Origin: a virus
IMG/VR virus record: IMGVR_UViG_3300035698_024280
Reading direction: 5' to 3' (one strand)
Length of the DNA: 64,000 bases
The notes under the pieces were generated by a model. The model was not told where the DNA came from. It did not search any database and saw nothing but the letters and a program-made list of their open reading frames with translations. How positions within the stretch are numbered: position 1 is the first letter of the stretch; every line of letters starts with the position of its first letter. A program made the position numbers and the translations under genes. Of this stretch, positions 57,167 to 64,000 are shown piece after piece.

Positions 57167-60100
57167 CTATTCAATACACCCCAGATGGTATGTACCATCC
57201 GCTGCAGTATACCCATCTGCAGTCTTTGCATTAGGTAAAGGGCTGTTTAGTATAGCAACAATATCCACAAAATATCCCATCCACGGATACTTCCTTTTTA
57301 TTAGTTCTTGATCCCATACCTCTTTTCCCCCGATTTCCTTCTCATACCATTTTTCATGATCTGTAACTTTACCATCCTCATCTATTATAGGTATTAGTAA
57401 ATCCTTATTCCAAAAGTAGGCCTCTATAATCATACTCTCTCGTCGCATACAACAATTCCCAGAAGTTTCTAATACAGAGCTAGTACGACCACCAGTATTT
57501 TTACCATTACCAAATAGATCTCCTGCAACCTGAGCTCTATCAGGATCTCCTTCTGAATCCTTAATTATAGTTGCGAGTAGATTAGACTTCCACCATGCTC
57601 TCATAGATAAGAAGCCACTCTTAGTATTTGCTCGCTGCCAAAATTTAACTGCATCTAGCCCAGACCCAACTGTACTAGCAAGATTAGATGTATATACAAA
57701 AAAGTCACATTGTATTACATACTCCGCTAATTTGTATAATTTTGCAAAGTTACTCTCCGACCGTGACCCGATGTTTCCACTTTTTATATTATCTAAAAAT
57801 GATTTTGATATATCTTTATTAATCCCTATATATTTATTTAATAAGGCTAGATTATCCATATCTTCTAGAAGTTCTACCAGAAGAACTTCTAGATTTTTAT
57901 CATTTGCGACGGATAAATAATCAGTAAACGGTGTAATTAATAAAATTTTGATTTTAGGTATTATCTTATCCTCTAACTCAAATTCCTCTTTAGTCCTTTG
58001 ACCTAGCTTTACATTATCCGCTAATTGATTCTCCCAATTATTATCTGCCTCGACCCTCGATGCCTCTATATTTAAACTACCCTCAATATAATTATCTATA
58101 TATCGCTGCTTGAGAGTCTCGAGAGTTGGAGGTATATCAACCTGAAATAATTTTTCAGCCTCCTCATGCAGAGTCTTTCTTTTATCTGCATTTAGAGAAT
58201 TTACTACTACAGGCTTTAATTTTTCAAAACCAGATATAGCATCTTTTACTCGCTTCTCTGGCTTTAAGTCATCAATTTTTGTACCATCTGGATTCACACT
58301 AGATTTATATTTTGAAGATCCAAAATCTTTAACATAGCAAGGGTATATCAGAGATACATTACATGTATATGTATCCCCAGTTGTATCATCATCGTATAGA
58401 TGATTAAATTCCCCGTCACCCATATCGGGGTAAATATTAGGTAAATAGTAACCTAAATATACTTGATAATCAAATTCAGCTGATGCTGCATCATAAAACG
58501 GTGTACCTGGGGTTGGGGTCAGCCACCCACTAAAAGATGGCTGCGCGCATTTCGGCTTTTCTTCCTCACCCCCCTCACCGTCTGTTTCAGAATCTGTTTC
58601 AGATCCCTCAGCCTGACAAAACTTCTGGTTGGAATGAGGGCTACTCTGCATCGGGGGTACTGGGAATCCGTACGGTTTAGGTCCATTTCCTAAATCTCTA
58701 CACATATCGCACATTTTATGCCCAGAATTGTTATTATTACTCTCTGGGCGATTTGCTTCGCAATTACTTTCTATACTCTCTATATAGGAATCATAATTTG
58801 ACTTCCCAGACTGATCAGTCCCATCAAAGACATGCCACCCCCCCTCACCAGTTTCAGGGTTCTCATGCCAAGTTCTACCCATTAAATACGCACCGTCCCA
58901 TATATCACCTTCCCATTCCCTATCCTCTTTCTCCTCAGCAGTACCCGGATCGAAGTGAAGAGATTGTATTAGTATCGGTTGAAGATTTCCACCTGCGCTA
59001 ACATGAATTGTTTGAGCAGCATTAGCAGACTCATATTCACTATACCAAGCCCATCCAGGCAAATCTAAAGATCCAGCATCCCATCTACCTCGACCACCAC
59101 CTATCCAGGAATTGCTGCACAAGTTTAAACTTCTACAGTCTTCCAACTCTGGAGATTTTTCTCTAGTTGGACCACCCGGTGATCCGCTCCCACCTCCACC
59201 TCCACCACCACCACCGCCACCGTTAGTGCTTCCGGAGCTGCTGGTAGATGTTCCAGGAATAAATATAGGATCAGCTATATTTACTACACCTGGAGCTGAC
59301 GTTGTAGTATTTACTACAGTAGGTGGAAGTGGTGGTAGAGATGGAGGAGCAAGCGTGGTTGTTACGAGGGGCGTAAAGCCAGTCAATGTATCTAGTTCTC
59401 CTGAGGCAATATCAAATATTAATGGATCTGAATTAATTTTTTCAAATATTATTTGAATAGGGTTTAAAAAAGTGTCGGAAAAATCTCCGGCAGATTGATT
59501 ATCAATGGACCCAATTATATATTCGCCAGCGGTTTTTGCTCTCAGCTTTAATATAGATGGGTTACATACTGATATATACCCATACATATAGCATGTTGAT
59601 GTATAAGAGGTCTCGTCAATATTACCGCTTGTAGCTCTTTCAAATGACGGAGTACTATATAGTAATATTTCATTAGGTGTAGTCTCTTTAAATAGCTCTA
59701 AGACAATATATGCCTTATCACCATTACCGAATGATTTACCTCGAAGATCTACTCCTCCAGGTACTCCAGCTAGTGTAAACGTCCCTGTGCATTCGACCCT
59801 ATAAACTCCTGGCGATAGTATAATTTCAGTTGAACTATATTCCCTAGCAATAGATTTACCCGTGGTCGCATTTTTTGATATAGGTAAATTGTTTGTCAGA
59901 TCTACATTTTTAATTGTATTGACATGCTCTTCAAAAGGTATATCCGTCAATACGTGACCTGCGATGCCTATTGTATCTCCCTGAATATTTGATGGTACTT
60001 TATACTGTAAGGCTAAAATTTCTGGAGTTTCAAAAGACGAAAGTTTATTGTTTGTTGTAGTATTAATGTAAGAGGATAGAGAATCTATTGCCGTTAATAG

Positions 60101-60259
60101 CCCATTAATATTTATATCTGGAAAATTATTCGATGAAAATCTAAGGTCTCCAAACTCTACACGCACTGTACCCGAATCCTCTGTTTCTAATATAATTTCG
60201 TCAGAAATAGATATAATCTTATCTTTTGGGGGAAATGTATCTCTTAAATTTTCAGACAT
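57167..60259 (-). CDS. Large modular protein (1030 aa), paralogue family member 3, with Pro/Thr/Gly linker
   Basis: LSPGVYRVEC domain, PPSLPPLPP/TTT/Gly11 linker, Cys/Trp-rich middle, helical C-terminus. Confidence 0.7.
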   Translation of the reverse strand: MSENLRDTFPPKDKIISISDEIILETEDSGTVRVEFGDLRFSSNNFPDININGLLTAIDSLSSYINTTTNNKLSSFETPEILALQYKVPSNIQGDTIGIAGHVLTDIPFEEHVNTIKNVDLTNNLPISKNATTGKSIAREYSSTEIILSPGVYRVECTGTFTLAGVPGGVDLRGKSFGNGDKAYIVLELFKETTPNEILLYSTPSFERATSGNIDETSYTSTCYMYGYISVCNPSILKLRAKTAGEYIIGSIDNQSAGDFSDTFLNPIQIIFEKINSDPLIFDIASGELDTLTGFTPLVTTTLAPPSLPPLPPTVVNTTTSAPGVVNIADPIFIPGTSTSSSGSTNGGGGGGGGGGGSGSPGGPTREKSPELEDCRSLNLCSNSWIGGGRGRWDAGSLDLPGWAWYSEYESANAAQTIHVSAGGNLQPILIQSLHFDPGTAEEKEDREWEGDIWDGAYLMGRTWHENPETGEGGWHVFDGTDQSGKSNYDSYIESIESNCEANRPESNNNNSGHKMCDMCRDLGNGPKPYGFPVPPMQSSPHSNQKFCQAEGSETDSETDGEGGEEEKPKCAQPSFSGWLTPTPGTPFYDAASAEFDYQVYLGYYLPNIYPDMGDGEFNHLYDDDTTGDTYTCNVSLIYPCYVKDFGSSKYKSSVNPDGTKIDDLKPEKRVKDAISGFEKLKPVVVNSLNADKRKTLHEEAEKLFQVDIPPTLETLKQRYIDNYIEGSLNIEASRVEADNNWENQLADNVKLGQRTKEEFELEDKIIPKIKILLITPFTDYLSVANDKNLEVLLVELLEDMDNLALLNKYIGINKDISKSFLDNIKSGNIGSRSESNFAKLYKLAEYVIQCDFFVYTSNLASTVGSGLDAVKFWQRANTKSGFLSMRAWWKSNLLATIIKDSEGDPDRAQVAGDLFGNGKNTGGRTSSVLETSGNCCMRRESMIIEAYFWNKDLLIPIIDEDGKVTDHEKWYEKEIGGKEVWDQELIKRKYPWMGYFVDIVAILNSPLPNAKTADGYTAADGTYHLGCIE
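59189..59221 (-). repeat. GGN run encoding Gly11
   Basis: (acc/tcc/gcc)n on the plus strand. Confidence 0.9.
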
Positions 60260-60284
60260 TACTAATAATTATTTATTTAGATAG

Positions 60285-60321
60285 TTGAAAAACGCCAACT
60301 AGATAGTATAATTAATTTATG
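60285..60321 (+). promoter_or_regulatory. sigma70-like promoter TTGAAA-N16-TATAAT-N6-ATG
   Basis: -35 60285-60290, -10 60307-60312, ATG 60319. Confidence 0.75.
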
Positions 60322-61155
60322 AATAGTAAATTTGGCGTCGGCTTTATAACCTGCAATAGAGAATCCTTCATACATCGATCGATGGATTCTTTTTCAAATA
60401 GTATATTTGAACATGATTCTAAGGCAAGTAATGTAGTTGTAGTTAATGACGGAGACCCATTAGATAAAACAATAGCCTACGGAGATTTAATAGATAATCC
60501 CAATAATCTTGGTGTAGGTAAGAGTAAAAATATTGCAATAAAAGAGCTAATGGCTCGAGGGTATGATCATATTTTTATAATTGAAGATGACATTATACAA
60601 AAAGATAAATCAGTAAATGTTTTTGAAAAATATATGGATTGTAGTGATCAAACCGGCATTCAACACTTTATGTTTGGGTATCACGGACCCGCTAATAAGG
60701 GGAATGTATCAAAAGGGATCCCACAACCTAGATTGGTTGTTAAATATAATGAGAATTGCTCAGTATTACTTAATCTGCATTGTGTCGGTGCTTTTTGTCA
60801 TTATACTAGAGAGTGTATAGAAGCAATTGGGATGTTTGACGAAGAATATAATAATGCATTTGAACATGTTGATCATTCATATAGAGCTGCTAAACATGGA
60901 ATGATTCCAGGTTATTGGTGGTGGCCGGATATATCAAACAGTTATGATTATTTAGACGAGATTGAATGTAGTGAAAACAGTTCATCTATTAGACCTAGGG
61001 CAGACTGGGGAGAAAATATACAAAAAGGCGCAGTACATTTCCATAGAATGCACGGTTATCAACCCGCATGGGATAATTATGTACCAGATCAGTCTGAATA
61101 TAAAATTAAAAATGCTCTTAAAGCCATTTTCAGTAATTATACAGTTGAAAAATAA
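60319..61155 (+). CDS. GT2-family glycosyltransferase
   Basis: VGFITCNR, VVVNDG, NLGVGKSKN, FIIEDD, IGMFDE, EHVD. Confidence 0.88.
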   Translation: MNSKFGVGFITCNRESFIHRSMDSFSNSIFEHDSKASNVVVVNDGDPLDKTIAYGDLIDNPNNLGVGKSKNIAIKELMARGYDHIFIIEDDIIQKDKSVNVFEKYMDCSDQTGIQHFMFGYHGPANKGNVSKGIPQPRLVVKYNENCSVLLNLHCVGAFCHYTRECIEAIGMFDEEYNNAFEHVDHSYRAAKHGMIPGYWWWPDISNSYDYLDEIECSENSSSIRPRADWGENIQKGAVHFHRMHGYQPAWDNYVPDQSEYKIKNALKAIFSNYTVEK

Positions 61156-61179
61156 AAAACGAAAAATAAATAACTTTAT

Positions 61180-61641
61180 ATGAATGAAAAACCTTGGAGC
61201 TGGCGAATTAACCATCAACATGAAAATGGCAATGTTGATGCACAAGTAATATCGAGTGATGAAAAATCGTCTCTTTATTTAAGTAATGTACAACCCGGCT
61301 TAGCAGAATCCGTTACATCTCTATTAGAGAGCTCCTTTAAGTGGGGGTATAGCGAAAATGAGCAAGTCAGCTCACCTGAAAAACAGGCAGAGCTACACGC
61401 CTCAATTGATGAATTTCTAGATGGTGGGGATAATGATTTAAAATTGTTGGAACAGGTTGAAGAGAATAATAGGCTCATAGAGCAAATAAAGGATCTGACT
61501 GCAGCGAAAGCAGCCGGTCACACTTCTGCACCTGGTGCAGATATAACAGATGTAACAGAAACTGTAGAACCAAAACCTGAACCAAAATCTATAAAATACA
61601 AAGCTAAGACAAAAGTAACCCCCGCTAAGGCTACCTCTTAA
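61180..61641 (+). CDS. Hypothetical protein
   Basis: Clean ORF within the GT cluster. Confidence 0.6.
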   Translation: MNEKPWSWRINHQHENGNVDAQVISSDEKSSLYLSNVQPGLAESVTSLLESSFKWGYSENEQVSSPEKQAELHASIDEFLDGGDNDLKLLEQVEENNRLIEQIKDLTAAKAAGHTSAPGADITDVTETVEPKPEPKSIKYKAKTKVTPAKATS

Positions 61642-61662
61642 AATAGCTTATAATTATATATT

Positions 61663-62475
61663 ATGCTAGATTTTAGCCGTATATCTTTTATTTGTCATGT
61701 TAGAGTTGATACATATCTACGTGAAAAAAATATTAGAACAATATACGACTATTATAATAAACATACAAATGGTGAGTGTGAGTTTATATTTGTAGAAGAC
61801 GATAAATCTCCTTTGCTATCTAAAATATTACCCCCTCCTTCAAATAATATTACGATCGATTTTATTAAGAACGATTGTGAGGTACATAAATCATTTTGCT
61901 ATAATAGGGGAGCTAAGTTAGCAACGAGGGAAATTTTTGTATTTTTAGATGTAGATGTAATATTAGACACTCGCTTATTATTTGAAACTATAAGCGAAGC
62001 TATAGAGAGAGGCAGCTTAGAATGCTTGATAGGGTATAACGGTATAGCTATATACTGCAATACTTCTGCTGAACAGGAATTCTTAAAATCTCTAGACATA
62101 GAGGATTTATACTCTAAAATAAATGACTTGCCATTAAAGACGATGGCTCAAAATCAATTTGCAACAGTAGGTAATACTCAAGCGGTTGGAGGTTGTTTAT
62201 GTATGACCAGAGAATCATTTAAAAAAATAAATGGATTTAATCCTTTATTTAAAGGTTGGGGGTATGAGGATAATGAAATTATATCTAGAGCAAATAAGTT
62301 AGGTCTGCAGGTTTGTAAAAGCTCTATAGCGAATAATTACCTATTCCATCTCCAACATGAGACTGTGTCTATAGATAAGAGTAAACACAAATTCTATAAA
62401 AATAACGGCGACATTGTAAATAATGTAGAGTGTATGTCTCGAGAGGAATTAGAACAATATATTAAGAAATGGTAA
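61663..62475 (+). CDS. GT2/GT7C (galactosyltransferase-like) glycosyltransferase
   Basis: NRGAKLA, FLDVD, GGC, INGFNPLFKGWGYEDNE, FHLQH. Confidence 0.88.
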   Translation: MLDFSRISFICHVRVDTYLREKNIRTIYDYYNKHTNGECEFIFVEDDKSPLLSKILPPPSNNITIDFIKNDCEVHKSFCYNRGAKLATREIFVFLDVDVILDTRLLFETISEAIERGSLECLIGYNGIAIYCNTSAEQEFLKSLDIEDLYSKINDLPLKTMAQNQFATVGNTQAVGGCLCMTRESFKKINGFNPLFKGWGYEDNEIISRANKLGLQVCKSSIANNYLFHLQHETVSIDKSKHKFYKNNGDIVNNVECMSREELEQYIKKW

Positions 62476-63311
62476 CTATAAATATTAGAGACAAAAACTT
62501 CGGAGGTGAGGAATCCTCATGTCATAAAGCTACGAATGATTATGTTAAGTGGGATTTCGGAAATAAAGCAATTTCTAATTCCTGCTTTATTACAGATATG
62601 TGCTTAGATGATGTACATAAGGCCTCAGGGGTAAAGCGAAAGATTGCTTGGATCTTAGAGCCACGAGCTATACACCCGCATATATATGATTGGATAGAGA
62701 AAAATAATAGACTTTTTGATTACGTATTAACATATGATACTTATTTAATTAATAAGGGAGAAAATTATATATATTACCCACATGGTCGATGTTGGATTAC
62801 TAGGAAAAAATCTGAAAATGAATATTTTAAGATAGCAAACGGAAAAACAAAGATGTGTTCTATAATTGCCTCAGGTAAGAATGACACAGTCGGTCATAAG
62901 TTGCGGCATGAAGTTATTTTTAATAATTATTCAAATATAGATGTATTCGGTCATGGTTATAAAAGTGTAGAATTTAAAGAAGAAGCATTAGAGGATTATA
63001 GATTTTCAGTAACTATAGAGAATTCTAAACAGCCAGGGTACTGGACTGAAAAAATTGTAGATTGCTTTGCAACTCAAACTATTCCTATTTTTTGGGGTGA
63101 TGAATCTGTATTTGATCACTTTGACTCATCTGGTATAATTACATTTAATACCATATATGGGCTAGAAGAAATATTAGACAATATAAATGAGAACGGGGAA
63201 GAGATATATCGCTCTATGCAGCCAGCGATCGCTCATAATTTAAAATGTGTAGAGCAATATAGAATACCAGAAGATTGGATTTATAAAAATTACAATTTTT
63301 TAATGAATTAA
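62469..63311 (+). CDS. GT10 (fucosyltransferase-like) glycosyltransferase
   Basis: YRFSVTIENS..GYWTEKIVDCF...TIPIFWG. Confidence 0.85.
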   Translation: MVTINIRDKNFGGEESSCHKATNDYVKWDFGNKAISNSCFITDMCLDDVHKASGVKRKIAWILEPRAIHPHIYDWIEKNNRLFDYVLTYDTYLINKGENYIYYPHGRCWITRKKSENEYFKIANGKTKMCSIIASGKNDTVGHKLRHEVIFNNYSNIDVFGHGYKSVEFKEEALEDYRFSVTIENSKQPGYWTEKIVDCFATQTIPIFWGDESVFDHFDSSGIITFNTIYGLEEILDNINENGEEIYRSMQPAIAHNLKCVEQYRIPEDWIYKNYNFLMN

Positions 63312-63316
63312 AATTT

Positions 63317-64000
63317 ATGAATATTGGTATAATTGGTTTAGGGGCTGTAGGTACTGCAAATTCGAATGGATTTAAGCAGGTTGGTAATACAGTAAAAGAG
63401 CATGATATCAAGATGGGGACATCTATTACTGATATTATAAATACAGAACTAGTATTTATATGTGTGCCAACTCCCGCAGCAGAAGACGGCTCATGCGACG
63501 TTAGTATAGTGCATACAATTATTAATGATCTTAATGATCTTAAATATCAAGGCGTCATTGCAATTCGTAGTACATGTTATCCGGGATTTACACAATCAAT
63601 TATAGATAAATATAAAGATCTCCATATTGCATTTGCTCCAGAATTTTTACGAGAGCGATTTGCCGATGAGGACTTCTTACACAATCATAATTTATTAGCG
63701 GTCGGTACTGAAGATGAAGAGATTTTTAATTTAATTACTCACGCACATTCATTTTTACCAAAAAATACTGTAAGGCTCACACCTACAGAAGCTGAATTAT
63801 TAAAGTATTATAATAATGTATACGCCGCATCACGAGTTGTATTTGCAAATATAATGTATGAGCTTTGCTCCAAATTAAATTGTAATTATACGGAAATTAA
63901 AAATGCATATATAAAGACTGGTAAAGCAACCGATCTATATCTTGATGTAAATGATAATATGAGAGGGTATGGTGGAATGTGTTTACCTAAGGATACTAAA
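63317..64000 (+). CDS. ugd: UDP-glucose/GDP-mannose 6-dehydrogenase family protein, 3'-truncated (missed by the ORF track)
   Basis: MNIGIIGLGAVG, ICVPTP, IRST..PG, PEFLRE, AELLKY..N, GYGGMCLPKD; open to the window end. Confidence 0.9.
   Translation, partial: MNIGIIGLGAVGTANSNGFKQVGNTVKEHDIKMGTSITDIINTELVFICVPTPAAEDGSCDVSIVHTIINDLNDLKYQGVIAIRSTCYPGFTQSIIDKYKDLHIAFAPEFLRERFADEDFLHNHNLLAVGTEDEEIFNLITHAHSFLPKNTVRLTPTEAELLKYYNNVYAASRVVFANIMYELCSKLNCNYTEIKNAYIKTGKATDLYLDVNDNMRGYGGMCLPKDTK

Noticed and set aside
1324-63411. Many antisense or nested ORFs in the six-frame track (e.g. 1324-1752, 10095-10652, 18022-18414, 28618-29007, 39733-40011, 59112-59456)
   Set aside because: They lie fully opposite well-supported genes, have shadow-like composition, and lack promoter geometry or motifs
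1-64000. Stop-codon reassignment (TAG or TGA recoding)
   Set aside because: Conserved genes are full length in the standard code, and TAG/TGA end genes right where the next gene begins (e.g. 8406/8408)
1-64000. tRNA, rRNA or CRISPR array
   Set aside because: Intergenic gaps are mostly under 110 nt; no cloverleaf, T-loop signature or repeat-spacer array seen by eye (tRNAscan-SE would confirm)

Overview
AT-rich, very densely coded 64-kb segment of a large T4-like (myovirus-type) bacteriophage genome, standard genetic code; host cannot be determined. It contains: (i) a tail/fibre block (1-11.3 kb) with two Mtd-N-type fibres, a lectin-like protein with a 15-Thr run and two glycosyltransferases; (ii) the T4-type replication/recombination core, mostly on the minus strand: primase gp61, RNase H, clamp gp45, SSB gp32, DHH phosphoesterase, helicase gp41, UvsX, a DNA polymerase gp43 split into two genes, gp46/gp47, late sigma gp55, UvsW, UvsY; (iii) dispersed 7-deazaguanine genes (folE, atypical queD, queC lacking most Zn ligands, a class-II glutamine amidotransferase), with no queE or dpdA recognised in the window; (iv) a late operon (41.2-45.4 kb) encoding a PD-(D/E)XK nuclease-like protein and three different nucleotidyl-transferase folds (Pol-beta type, KxDG ligase type, HIGH type), most with N-termini resembling T4 capsid-targeting/prohead-protease-cleaved leaders - the best candidate for an undescribed system; (v) a paralogous family of probable virion proteins (53-60 kb); (vi) a glycosylation cluster (GT2, GT7C-like, GT10, UDP-sugar dehydrogenase). 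Both sigma70-like promoters (mostly 16-bp spacer) and gp55-type TAAATA promoters sit about 5-6 nt upstream of start codons, implying largely leaderless mRNAs. No tRNA, rRNA or CRISPR array was seen. All protein family calls come from motif recognition by eye, not database searches.
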